DNA of 64,000 bases. It comes from Auanema rhodensis (taxonomy: Eukaryota > Animalia > Nematoda). The position numbers were made by a program, and so were the translations under genes. Below, piece by piece: positions 1 through 13,097 of the stretch (positions are counted from its first letter, which is position 1; each line of letters opens with the position of its first letter). Where the stretch lies: positions 1-64,000 of the forward strand of contig CAXKVF010000002.1 in assembly GCA_964057225.1 (NCBI GenBank), written 5' to 3'. Below the pieces are notes generated by a model that made no database searches, was not told the origin of the DNA, and saw only the letters and a program-made list of their open reading frames with translations.

Positions 1-3000
1 AACCAGACTTTCAATTTTACGTGAAGTGTCAGCTATACAAGCTAAGTGTCCGAGCTAAGTGCTCATAATTTGTAACTCGGTTTCTGTTAAAGATAGAAGC
101 ATTCTGTAAATTTTAATGAATTCCTCATGGTCATATTAGTCTAGAAACACTATCTTATTGTGTTTGGTGCTTGGTAACCAGGACTTTCAATTTTACGTGA
201 AGTGTCAGCTATACAAGCTAAGTGTCCGAGCTAAGTGCTCATGATTTGTAAACTCGGTTTCTGTTAAAGATAGAAGCATTCTGTAAATTTTAATGAATTC
301 CTCATGGTCATATTAGTCTAGAAACACTATCTTATTGTGTTTGGTGCTTGGTAACCAGGACTTTCAATTTTACGTGAAGTGTCAGCTATACCAGCTAAGT
401 GTCCGAGCTAAGTGCTCATAATTTGTAACTCGGTTTCTGTTAAAGATAGAAGCATTCTGTAAATTTTAATGAATTCCTCATGGTCATATTAGTCTAGAAA
501 CACTATCTTATTGTGTTTGGTGCTGGTAACCAGGACTTTCAATTTTACGTGAAGTGTCAGCTATACAAGCTAAGTGTCCGAGCTAAGTGCTCATAATTTG
601 TAACTCGGTTTCTGTTAAAGATAGAAGCATTCTGTAAATTTTAATGAATTCCTCATGGTCATATTAGTCTAGAAACACTATCTTATTGTGTTTGGTGCTT
701 GGTAACCAGGACTTTCAATTTTACGTGAAGTGTCAGCTATACAAGCTAAGTGTCCGAGCTAAGTGCTCATGATTTGTAACTCGGTTTCTGTTAAAGATAG
801 AAGCATTCTGTAAATTTTAATGAATTCCTCATGGTCATATTAGTCTAGAAACACTATCTTATTGTGTTTGGTGCTTGGTAACCAGGACTTTCAATTTTAC
901 GTGAAGTGTCAGCTATACCAGCTAAGTGTCCGAGCTAAGTGCTCATAATTTGTAACTCGGTTTCTGTTAAAGATAGAAGCATTCTGTAAATTTTAATGAA
1001 TTCCTCATGGTCATATTAGTCTAGAAACACTATCTTATTGTGTTTGGTGCTTGGTAACCAGGACTTTCAATTTTACGTGAAGTGTCAGCTATACAAGCTA
1101 AGTGTCCGAGCTAAGTGCTCATAATTTGTAACTCGGTTTCTGTTAAAGATAGAAGCATTCTGTAAATTTTAATGAATTCCTCATGGTCATATTAGTCTAG
1201 AAACACTATCTTATTGTGTTTGGTGCTTGGTAACCAGGACTTTCAATTTTACGTGAAGTGTCAGCTATACAAGCTAAGTGTCCGAGCTAAGTGCTCATGA
1301 TTTGTAACTCGGTTTCTGTTAAAGATAGAAGCATTCTGTAATTTTAATGAATTCCTCATGGTCATATTAGTCTAGAAACACTATCTTATTGTGTTTGGTG
1401 CTTGGTAACCAGGACTTTCAATTTTACGTGAAGTGTCAGCTATACCAGCTAAGTGTCCGAGCTAAGTGCTCATAATTTGTAACTCGGTTTCTGTTAAAGA
1501 TAGAAGCATTCTGTAAATTTTAATGAATTCCTCATGGTCATATTAGTCTAGAAACACTATCTTATTGTGTTTGGTGCTTGGTAACCAGGACTTTCAATTT
1601 TACGTGAAGTGTCAGCTATACAAGCTAAGTGTCCGAGCTAAGTGCTCATAATTTGTAACTCGGTTTCTGTTAAAGATAGAAGCATTCTGTAAATTTTAAT
1701 GAATTCCTCATGGTCATATTAGTCTAGAAACACTATCTTATTGTGTTTGGTGCTTGGTAACCAGGACTTTCAATTTTACGTGAAGTGTCAGCTATACAAG
1801 CTAAGTGTCCGAGCTAAGTGCTCATAATTTGTAACTCGGTTTCTGTTAAAGATAGAAGCATTCTGTAAATTTTAATGAATTCCTCATGGTCATATTAGTC
1901 TAGAAACACTATCTTATTGTGTTTGGTGCTTGGTAACCAGGACTTTCAATTTTACGTGAAGTGTCAGCTATACAAGCTAAGTGTCCGAGCTAAGTGCTCA
2001 TATTTGTAACTCGGTTTCTGTTAAAGATAGAAGCATTCTGTAAATTTTAATGAATTCCTCATGGTCATATTAGTCTAGAAACACTATCTTATTGTGTTTG
2101 GTGCTTGGTAACCAGGACTTTCAATTTTACGTGAAGTGTCAGCTATACAAGCTAAGTGTCCGAGCTAAGTGCTCATAATTTGTAACTCGGTTTCTGTTAA
2201 AGATAGAAGCATTCTGTAAATTTTAATGAATTCCTCATGGTCATATTAGTCTAGAAACACTATCTTATTGTGTTTGGTGCTTGGTAACCAGGACTTTCAA
2301 TTTTACGTGAAGTGTCAGCTATACAAGCTAAGTGTCCGAGCTAAGTGCTCATAATTTGTAACTCGGTTTCTGTTAAAGATAGAAGCATTCTGTAAATTTT
2401 AATGAATTCCTCATGGTCATATTAGTCTAGAAACACTATCTTATTGTGTTTGGTGCTTGGTAACCAGGACTTTCAATTTTACGTGAAGTGTCAGCTATAC
2501 AAGCTAAGTGTCCGAGCTAAGTGCTCATGATTTGTAACTCGGTTTCTGTTAAAGATAGAAGCATTCTGTAAATTTTAATGAATTCCTCATGGTCATATTA
2601 GTCTAGAAACACTATCTTATTGTGTTTGGTGCTTGGTAACCAGGACTTTCAATTTTACGTGAAGTGTCAGCTATACCAGCTAAGTGTCCGAGCTAAGTGC
2701 TCATGATTTGTAACTCGGTTTCTGTTAAAGATAGAAGCATTCTGTAAATTTTAATGAATTCCTCATGGTCATATTAGTCTAGAAACACTATCTTATTGTG
2801 TTTGGTGCTTGGTAACCAGGACTTTCAATTTTACGTGAAGTGTCAGCTATACAAGCTAAGTGTCCGAGCTAAGTGCTCATAATTTGTAACTCGGTTTCTG
2901 TTAAAGATAGAAGCATTCTGTAAATTTTAATGAATTCCTCATGGTCATATTAGTCTAGAAACACTATCTTATTGTGTTTGGTGCTTGGTAACCAGGACTT

Positions 3001-6000
3001 TCAATTTTACGTGAAGTGTCAGCTATACAAGCTAAGTGTCCGAGCTAAGTGCTCATGATTTGTAACTCGGTTTCTGTTAAAGATAGAAGCATTCTGTAAA
3101 TTTTAATGAATTCCTCATGGTCATATTAGTCTAGAAACACTATCTTATTGTGTTTGGTGCTTGGTAACCAGGACTTTCAATTTTACGTGAAGTGTCAGCT
3201 ATACCAGCTAAGTGTCCGAGCTAAGTGCTCATATTTGTAACTCGGTTTCTGTTAAAGATAGAAGCATTCTGTAAATTTTAATGAATTCCTCATGGTCATA
3301 TTAGTCTAGAAACACTATCTTATTGTGTTTGGTGCTTGGTAACCAGGACTTTCAATTTTACGTGAAGTGTCAGCTATACAAGCTAAGTGTCCGAGCTAAG
3401 TGCTCATAATTTGTAACTCGGTTTCTGTTAAAGATAGAAGCATTCTGTAAATTTTAATGAATTCCTCATGGTCATATTAGTCTAGAAACACTATCTTATT
3501 GTGTTTGGTGCTTGGTAACCAGGACTTTCAATTTTACGTGAAGTGTCAGCTATACAAGCTAAGTGTCCGAGCTAAGTGCTCATGATTTGTAACTCGGTTT
3601 CTGTTAAAGATAGAAGCATTCTGTAAATTTTAATGAATTCCTCATGGTCATATTAGTCTAGAAACACTATCTTATTGTGTTTGGTGCTTGGTAACCAGGA
3701 CTTTCAATTTTACGTGAAGTGTCAGCTATACAGCTAAGTGTCCGAGCTAAGTGCTCATGATTTGTAACTCGGTTTCTGTTAAAGATAGAAGCATTCTGTA
3801 AATTTTAATGAATTCCTCATGGTCATATTAGTCTAGAAACACTATCTTATTGTGTTTGGTGCTTGGTAACCAGGACTTTCAATTTTACGTGAAGTGTCAG
3901 CTATACCAGCTAAGTGTCCGAGCTAAGTGCTCATAATTTGTAACTCGGTTTCTGTTAAAGATAGAAGCATTCTGTAAATTTTAATGAATTCCTCATGGTC
4001 ATATTAGTCTAGAAACACTATCTTATTGTGTTTGGTGCTTGGTAACCAGGACTTTCAATTTTACGTGAAGTGTCAGCTATACAAGCTAAGTGTCCGAGCT
4101 AAGTGCTCATATTTGTAACTCGGTTTCTGTTAAAGATAGAAGCATTCTGTAAATTTTAATGAATTCCTCATGGTCATATTAGTCTAGAAACACTATCTTA
4201 TTGTGTTTGGTGCTTGGTAACCAGGACTTTCAATTTTACGTGAAGTGTCAGCTATACAAGCTAAGTGTCCGAGCTAAGTGCTCATGATTTGTAACTCGGT
4301 TTCTGTTAAAGATAGAAGCATTCTGTAAATTTTAATGAATTCCTCATGGTCATATTAGTCTAGAAACACTATCTTATTGTGTTTGGTGCTTGGTAACCAG
4401 GACTTTCAATTTTACGTGAAGTGTCAGCTATACCAGCTAAGTGTCCGAGCTAAGTGCTCATAATTTGTAACTCGGTTTCTGTTAAGATAGAAGCATTCTG
4501 TAAATTTTAATGAATTCCTCATGGTCATATTAGTCTAGAAACACTATCTTATTGTGTTTGGTGCTTGGTAACCAGGACTTTCAATTTTACGTGAAGTGTC
4601 AGCTATACAAGCTAAGTGTCCGAGCTAAGTGCTCATAATTTGTAACTCGGTTTCTGTTAAAGATAGAAGCATTCTGTAAATTTTAATGAATTCCTCATGG
4701 TCATATTAGTCTAGAAACACTATCTTATTGTGTTTGGTGCTTGGTAACCAGGACTTTCAATTTTACGTGAAGTGTCAGCTATACAAGCTAAGTGTCCGAG
4801 CTAAGTGCTCATGATTTGTAACTCGGTTTCTGTTAAAGATAGAAGCATTCTGTAAATTTTAATGAATTCCTCATGGTCATATTAGTCTAGAAACACTATC
4901 TTATTGTGTTTGGTGCTTGGTAACCAGGACTTTCAATTTTACGTGAAGTGTCAGCTATACCAGCTAAGTGTCCGAGCTAAGTGCTCATGATTTGTAACTC
5001 GGTTTCTGTTAAAGATAGAAGCATTCTGTAAATTTTAATGAATTCCTCATGGTCATATTAGTCTAGAAACACTATCTTATTGTGTTTGGTGCTTGGTAAC
5101 CAGGACTTTCAATTTTACGTGAAGTGTCAGCTATACCAGCTAAGTGTCCGAGCTAAGTGCTCATAATTTGTAACTCGGTTTCTGTTAAAGATAGAAGCAT
5201 TCTGTAAATTTTAATGAATTCCTCATGGTCATATTAGTCTAGAAACACTATCTTATTGTGTTTGGTGCTTGGTAACCAGGACTTTCAATTTTACGTGAAG
5301 TGTCAGCTATACAAGCTAAGTGTCCGAGCTAAGTGCTCATAATTTGTAACTCGGTTTCTGTTAAAGATAGAAGCATTCTGTAAATTTTAATGAATTCCTC
5401 ATGGTCATATTAGTCTAGAAACACTATCTTATTGTGTTTGGTGCTTGGTAACCAGGACTTTCAATTTTACGTGAAGTGTCAGCTATACAAGCTAAGTGTC
5501 CGAGCTAAGTGCTCATGATTTGTAACTCGGTTTCTGTTAAAGATAGAAGCATTCTGTAAATTTTAATGAATTCCTCATGGTCATATTAGTCTAGAAACAC
5601 TATCTTATTGTGTTTGGTGCTTGGTAACCAGGACTTTCAATTTTACGTGAAGTGTCAGCTATACCAGCTAAGTGTCCGAGCTAAGTGCTCATAATTTGTA
5701 ACTCGGTTTCTGTTAAAGATAGAAGCATTCTGTAAATTTTAATGAATTCCTCATGGTCATATTAGTCTAGAAACACTATCTTATTGTGTTTGGTGCTTGG
5801 TAACCAGGACTTTCAATTTTACGTGAAGTGTCAGCTATACAAGCTAAGTGTCCGAGCTAAGTGCTCATAATTTGTAACTCGGTTTCTGTTAAAGATAGAA
5901 GCATTCTGTAAATTTTAATGAATTCCTCATGGTCATATTAGTCTAGAAACACTATCTTATTGTGTTTGGTGCTTGGTAACCAGGACTTTCAATTTTACGT

Positions 6001-9000
6001 GAAGTGTCAGCTATACAAGCTAAGTGTCCGAGCTAAGTGCTCATGATTTGTAACTCGGTTTCTGTTAAAGATAGAAGCATTCTGTAAATTTTAATGAATT
6101 CCTCATGGTCATATTAGTCTAGAAACACTATCTTATTGTGTTTGGTGCTTGGTAACCAGGACTTTCAATTTTACGTGAAGTGTCAGCTATACCAGCTAAG
6201 TGTCCGAGCTAAGTGCTCATAATTTGTAACTCGGTTTCTGTTAAAGATAGAAGCATTCTGTAAATTTTAATGAATTCCTCATGGTCATATTAGTCTAGAA
6301 ACACTATCTTATTGTGTTTGGTGCTTGGTAACCAGGACTTTCAATTTTACGTGAAGTGTCAGCTATACAAGCTAAGTGTCCGAGCTAAGTGCTCATAATT
6401 TGTAACTCGGTTTCTGTTAAAGATAGAAGCATTCTGTAAATTTTAATGAATTCCTCATGGTCATATTAGTCTAGAAACACTATCTTATTGTGTTTGGTGC
6501 TTGGTAACCAGGACTTTCAATTTTACGTGAAGTGTCAGCTATACAAGCTAAGTGTCCGAGCTAAGTGCTCATGATTTGTAACTCGGTTTCTGTTAAGATA
6601 GAAGCATTCTGTAAATTTTAATGAATTCCTCATGGTCATATTAGTCTAGAAACACTATCTTATTGTGTTTGGTGCTTGGTAACCAGGACTTTCAATTTTA
6701 CGTGAAGTGTCAGCTATACCAGCTAAGTGTCCGAGCTAAGTGCTCATGATTTGTAACTCGGTTTCTGTTAAAGATAGAAGCATTCTGTAAATTTTAATGA
6801 ATTCCTCATGGTCATATTAGTCTAGAAACACTATCTTATTGTGTTTGGTGCTTGGTAACCAGGACTTTCAATTTTACGTGAAGTGTCAGCTATACCAGCT
6901 AAGTGTCCGAGCTAAGTGCTCATAATTTGTAACTCGGTTTCTGTTAAAGATAGAAGCATTCTGTAAATTTTAATGAATTCCTCATGGTCATATTAGTCTA
7001 GAAACACTATCTTATTGTGTTTGGTGCTTGGTAACCAGGACTTTCAATTTTACGTGAAGTGTCAGCTATACAAGCTAAGTGTCCGAGCTAAGTGCTCATA
7101 ATTTGTAACTCGGTTTCTGTTAAAGATAGAAGCATTCTGTAAATTTTAATGAATTCCTCATGGTCATATTAGTCTAGAAACACTATCTTATTGTGTTTGG
7201 TGCTTGGTAACCAGGACTTTCAATTTTACGTGAAGTGTCAGCTATACAAGCTAAGTGTCCGAGCTAAGTGCTCATGATTTGTAACTCGGTTTCTGTTAAA
7301 GATAGAAGCATTCTGTAAATTTTAATGAATTCCTCATGGTCATATTAGTCTAGAAACACTATCTTATTGTGTTTGGTGCTTGGTAACCAGGACTTTCAAT
7401 TTTACGTGAAGTGTCAGCTATACCAGCTAAGTGTCCGAGCTAAGTGCTCATAATTTGTAACTCGGTTTCTGTTAAAGATAGAAGCATTCTGTAAATTTTA
7501 ATGAATTCCTCATGGTCATATTAGTCTAGAAACACTATCTTATTGTGTTTGGTGCTTGGTAACCAGGACTTTCAATTTTACGTGAAGTGTCAGCTATACA
7601 AGCTAAGTGTCCGAGCTAAGTGCTCATAATTTGTAACTCGGTTTCTGTTAAAGATAGAAGCATTCTGTAAATTTTAATGAATTCCTCATGGTCATATTAG
7701 TCTAGAAACACTATCTTATTGTGTTTGGTGCTTGGTAACCAGGACTTTCAATTTTACGTGAAGTGTCAGCTATACAAGCTAAGTGTCCGAGCTAAGTGCT
7801 CATGATTTGTAACTCGGTTTCTGTTAAAGATAGAAGCATTCTGTAAATTTTAATGAATTCCTCATGGTCATATTAGTCTAGAAACACTATCTTATTGTGT
7901 TTGGTGCTTGGTAACCAGGACTTTCAATTTTACGTGAAGTGTCAGCTATACCAGCTAAGTGTCCGAGCTAAGTGCTCATGATTTGTAACTCGGTTTCTGT
8001 TAAAGATAGAAGCATTCTGTAAATTTTAATGAATTCCTCATGGTCATATTAGTCTAGAAACACTATCTTATTGTGTTTGGTGCTTGGTAACCAGGACTTT
8101 CAATTTTACGTGAAGTGTCAGCTATACCAGCTAAGTGTCCGAGCTAAGTGCTCATAATTTGTAACTCGGTTTCTGTTAAAGATAGAAGCATTCTGTAAAT
8201 TTTAATGAATTCCTCATGGTCATATTAGTCTAGAAACACTATCTTATTGTGTTTGGTGCTTGGTAACCAGGACTTTCAATTTTACGTGAAGTGTCAGCTA
8301 TACAAGCTAAGTGTCCGAGCTAAGTGCTCATAATTTGTAACTCGGTTTCTGTTAAAGATAGAAGCATTCTGTAAATTTTAATGAATTCCTCATGGTCATA
8401 TTAGTCTAGAAACACTATCTTATTGTGTTTGGTGCTTGGTAACCAGGACTTTCAATTTTACGTGAAGTGTCAGCTATACAAGCTAAGTGTCCGAGCTAAG
8501 TGCTCATGATTTGTAACTCGGTTTCTGTTAAAGATAGAAGCATTCTGTAAATTTTAATGAATTCCTCATGGTCATATTAGTCTAGAAACACTATCTTATT
8601 GTGTTTGGTGCTTGGTAACCAGGACTTTCAATTTTACGTGAAGTGTCAGCTATACCAGCTAAGTGTCCGAGCTAAGTGCTCATAATTTGTAACTCGGTTT
8701 CTGTTAAAGATAGAAGCATTCTGTAAATTTTAATGAATTCCTCATGGTCATATTAGTCTAGAAACACTATCTTATTGTGTTTGGTGCTTGGTAACCAGGA
8801 CTTTCAATTTTACGTGAAGTGTCAGCTATACAAGCTAAGTGTCCGAGCTAAGTGCTCATAATTTGTAACTCGGTTTCTGTTAAAGATAGAAGCATTCTGT
8901 AAATTTTAATGAATTCCTCATGGTCATATTAGTCTAGAAACACTATCTTATTGTGTTTGGTGCTTGGTAACCAGGACTTTCAATTTTACGTGAAGTGTCA

Positions 9001-12000
9001 GCTATACAAGCTAAGTGTCCGAGCTAAGTGCTCATGATTTGTAACTCGGTTTCTGTTAAAGATAGAAGCATTCTGTAAATTTTAATGAATTCCTCATGGT
9101 CATATTAGTCTAGAAACACTATCTTATTGTGTTTGGTGCTTGGTAACCAGGACTTTCAATTTTACGTGAAGTGTCAGCTATACCAGCTAAGTGTCCGAGC
9201 TAAGTGCTCATAATTTGTAACTCGGTTTCTGTTAAAGATAGAAGCATTCTGTAAATTTTAATGAATTCCTCATGGTCATATTAGTCTAGAAACACTATCT
9301 TATTGTGTTTGGTGCTTGGTAACCAGGACTTTCAATTTTACGTGAAGTGTCAGCTATACAAGCTAAGTGTCCGAGCTAAGTGCTCATGATTTGTAACTCG
9401 GTTTCTGTTAAAGATAGAAGCATTCTGTAAATTTAAATGAGTTCCTCATGGTCATATTAGTCTAGAAACACTATCTTATTGTGTTTGGTGCTTGGTAACC
9501 AGGACTTTCAATTTTACGTGAAGTGTCAGCTATACAAGCTAAGTGTCCGAGCTAAGTGCTCATAATTTGTAACTCGGTTTCTGTTAAAGATAGAAGCATT
9601 CTGTAAATTTTAATGAATTCCTCATGGTCATATTAGTCTAGAAACACTATCTTATTGTGTTTGGTGCTTGGTAACCAGGACTTTCAATTTTACGTGAAGT
9701 GTCAGCTATACAAGCTAAGTGTCCGAGCTAAGTGCTCATGATTTGTAACTCGGTTTCTGTTAAAGATAGAAGCATTCTGTAAATTTTAATGAATTCCTCA
9801 TGGTCATATTAGTCTAGAAACACTATCTTATTGTGTTTGGTGCTTGGTAACCAGGACTTTCAATTTTACGTGAAGTGTCAGCTATACCAGCTAAGTGTCC
9901 GAGCTAAGTGCTCATGATTTGTAACTCGGTTTCTGTTAAAGATAGAAGCATTCTGTAAATTTAAATGAATTCCTCATGGTCATATTAGTCTAGAAACACT
10001 ATCTTATTGTGTTTGGTGCTTGGTAACCAGGACTTTCAATTTTACGTGAAGTGTCAGCTATACCAGCTAAGTGTCCGAGCTAAGTGCTCATAATTTGTAA
10101 CTCGGTTTCTGTTAAAGATAGAAGCATTCTGTAAATTTTAATGAATTCCTCATGGTCATATTAGTCTAGAAACACTATCTTATTGTGTTTGGTGCTTGGT
10201 AACCAGGACTTTCAATTTTACGTGAAGTGTCAGCTATACCAGCTAAGTGTCCGAGCTAAGTGCTCATAATTTGTAACTCGGTTTCTGTTAAAGATAGAAG
10301 CATTCTGTAAATTTTAATGAATTCCTCATGGTCATATTAGTCTAGAAACACTATCTTATTGTGTTTGGTGCTTGGTAACCAGGACTTTCAATTTTACGTG
10401 AAGTGTCAGCTATACAAGCTAAGTGTCCGAGCTAAGTGCTCATAATTTGTAACTCGGTTTCTGTTAAAGATAGAAGCATTCTGTAAATTTTAATGAATTC
10501 CTCATGGTCATATTAGTCTAGAAACACTATCTTATTGTGTTTGGTGCTTGGTAACCAGGACTTTCAATTTTACGTGAAGTGTCAGCTATACAAGCTAAGT
10601 GTCCGAGCTAAGTGCTCATGATTTGTAACTCGGTTTCTGTTAAAGATAGAAGCATTCTGTAAATTTTAATGAATTCCTCATGGTCATATTAGTCTAGAAA
10701 CACTATCTTATTGTGTTTGGTGCTTGGTAACCAGGACTTTCAATTTTACGTGAAGTGTCAGCTATACCAGCTAAGTGTCCGAGCTAAGTGCTCATGATTT
10801 GTAACTCGGTTTCTGTTAAAGATAGAAGCATTCTGTAAATTTTAATGAATTCCTCATGGTCATATTAGTCTAGAAACACTATCTTATTGTGTTTGGTGCT
10901 TGGTAACCAGGACTTTCAATTTTACGTGAAGTGTCAGCTATACCAGCTAAGTGTCCGAGCTAAGTGCTCATAATTTGTAACTCGGTTTCTGTTAAAGATA
11001 GAAGCATTCTGTAAATTTTAATGAATTCCTCATGGTCATATTAGTCTAGAAACACTATCTTATTGTGTTTGGTGCTTGGTAACCAGGACTTTCAATTTTA
11101 CGTGAAGTGTCAGCTATACAAGCTAAGTGTCCGAGCTAAGTGCTCATAATTTGTAACTCGGTTTCTGTTAAAGATAGAAGCATTTTGTAAATTTTAATGA
11201 ATTCCTCATGGTCATATTAGTCTAGAAACACTATCTTATTGTGTTTGGTGCTTGGTAACCAGGACTTTCAATTTTACGTGAAGTGTCAGCTATACAAGCT
11301 AAGTGTCCGAGCTAAGTGCTCATGATTTGTAACTCGGTTTCTGTTAAAGATAGAAGCATTCTGTAAATTTTAATGAATTCCTCATGGTCATATTAGTCTA
11401 GAAACACTATCTTATTGTGTTTGGTGCTTGGTAACCAGGACTTTCAATTTTACGTGAAGTGTCAGCTATACCAGCTAAGTGTCCGAGCTAAGTGCTCATG
11501 ATTTGTAACTCGGTTTCTGTTAAAGATAGAAGCATTCTGTAAATTTTAATGAATTCCTCATGGTCATATTAGTCTAGAAACACTATCTTATTGTGTTTGG
11601 TGCTTGGTAACCAGGACTTTCAATTTTACGTGAAGTGTCAGCTATACCAGCTATGTGTCCGAGCTAAGTGCTCATAATTTGTAACTCGGTTTCTGTTAAA
11701 GATAGAAGCATTCTGTAAATTTTAATGAATTCCTCATGGTCATATTAGTCTAGAAACACTATCTTATTGTGTTTGGTGCTTGGTAACCAGGACTTTCAAT
11801 TTTACGTGAAGTGTCAGCTATACAAGCTAAGTGTCCGAGCTAAGTGCTCATAATTTGTAACTCGGTTTCTGTTAAAGATAGAAGCATTCTGTAAATTTTA
11901 ATGAATTCCTCATGGTCATATTAGTCTAGAAACACTATCTTATTGTGTTTGGTGCTTGGTAACCAGGACTTTCAATTTTACGTGAAGTGTCAGCTATACA

Positions 12001-12942
12001 AGCTAAGTGTCCGAGCTAAGTGCTCATGATTTGTAACTCGGTTTCTGTTAAAGATAGAAGCATTCTGTAAATTTTAATGAATTCCTCATGGTCATATTAG
12101 TCTAGAAACACTATCTTATTGTGTTTGGTGCTTGGTAACCAGGACTTTCAATTTTACGTGAAGTGTCAGCTATACCAGCTAAGTGTCCGAGCTAAGTGCT
12201 CATAATTTGTAACTCGGTTTCTGTTAAAGATAGAAGCATTCTGTAAATTTAAATGAATTCCTCATGGTCATATTAGTCTAGAAACACTATCTTATTGTGT
12301 TTGGTGCTTGGTAACCAGGACTTTCAATTTTACGTGAAGTGTCAGCTATACCAGCTAAGTGTCCGAGCTAAGTGCTCATAATTTGTAACTCGGTTTCTGT
12401 TAAAGATAGAAGCATTCTGTAAATTTTAATGAATTCCTCATGGTCATATTAGTCTAGAAACACTATCTTATTGTGTTTGGTGCTTGGTAACCAGGACTTT
12501 CAATTTTACGTGAAGTGTCAGCTATACCAGCTAAGTGTCCGAGCTAAGTGCTCATAATTTGTAACTCGGTTTCTGTTAAAGATAGAAGCATTCTGTAAAT
12601 TTTAATGAATTCCTCATGGTCATATTAGTCTAGAAACACTATCTTATTGTGTTTGGTGCTTGGTAACCAGGACTTTCAATTTTACGTGAAGTGTCAGCTA
12701 TACAAGCTAAGTGTCCGAGCTAAGTGCTCATAATTTGTAACTCGGTTTCTGTTAAAGATAGAAGCATTCTGTAAATTTTAATGAATTCCTCATGGTCATA
12801 TTAGTCTAGAAACACTATCTTATTGTGTTTGGTGCTTGGTAACCAGGACTTTCAATTTTACGTGAAGTGTCAGCTATACAAGCTAAGTGTCCGAGCTAAG
12901 TGCTCATGATTTGTAACTCGGTTTCTGTTAAAGATAGAAGCA
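1..12942. repeat. Satellite array A, 176-bp monomer, ~73.5 head-to-tail copies, highly homogeneous
   Basis: The monomer AACCAGGACTTTCAATTTTACGTGAAGTGTCAGCTATACMAGCTAAGTGTCCGAGCTAAGTGCTCATRATTTGTAACTCGGTTTCTGTTAAAGATAGAAGCATTCTGTAAATTTTAATGAATTCCTCATGGTCATATTAGTCTAGAAACACTATCTTATTGTGTTTGGTGCTTGGT recurs every 176 bp (e.g. starts at 2110, 2286, 2462). There is one EcoRI (GAATTC), one XbaI (TCTAGA) and one BstEII (GGTAACC) site per repeat. The ORF track reports no ORFs here. Confidence 0.99.
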
Positions 12943-12960
12943 AGTTCTAATATTTTTTTT
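12931..12960. other. Direct junction between satellite A and satellite B, with no intervening unique DNA
   Basis: The sequence reads AAGATAGAAGC-A-AGTTCTAATATTTT. A consensus matches through 12942 (GAAGCA) and B matches from 12942 (AAGTTCTAATA), a 1-bp overlap. Confidence 0.97.
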
Positions 12961-13003
12961 TTCATATTTTCTTAAAGAATATACAAAACCTTAGTATCTT
13001 CAC

Positions 13004-13097
13004 TTGAAATGTACAACACAGTTTGAAATCGCAATATATTGTATCGAGGAAAAACTCAAGGAAGATGCATATTTATCGTCTGTATTGCACATTTCAA
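13004..13097. repeat. Example of the 94-bp inverted-repeat module present in each B monomer (18-bp arms, 58-bp spacer)
   Basis: The left arm TTGAAATGTACAACACAG (13004-13021) and right arm CTGTATTGCACATTTCAA (13080-13097) are complementary at 16/18 positions. CAC flanks both sides (13001-13003 and 13098-13100). Confidence 0.9.
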
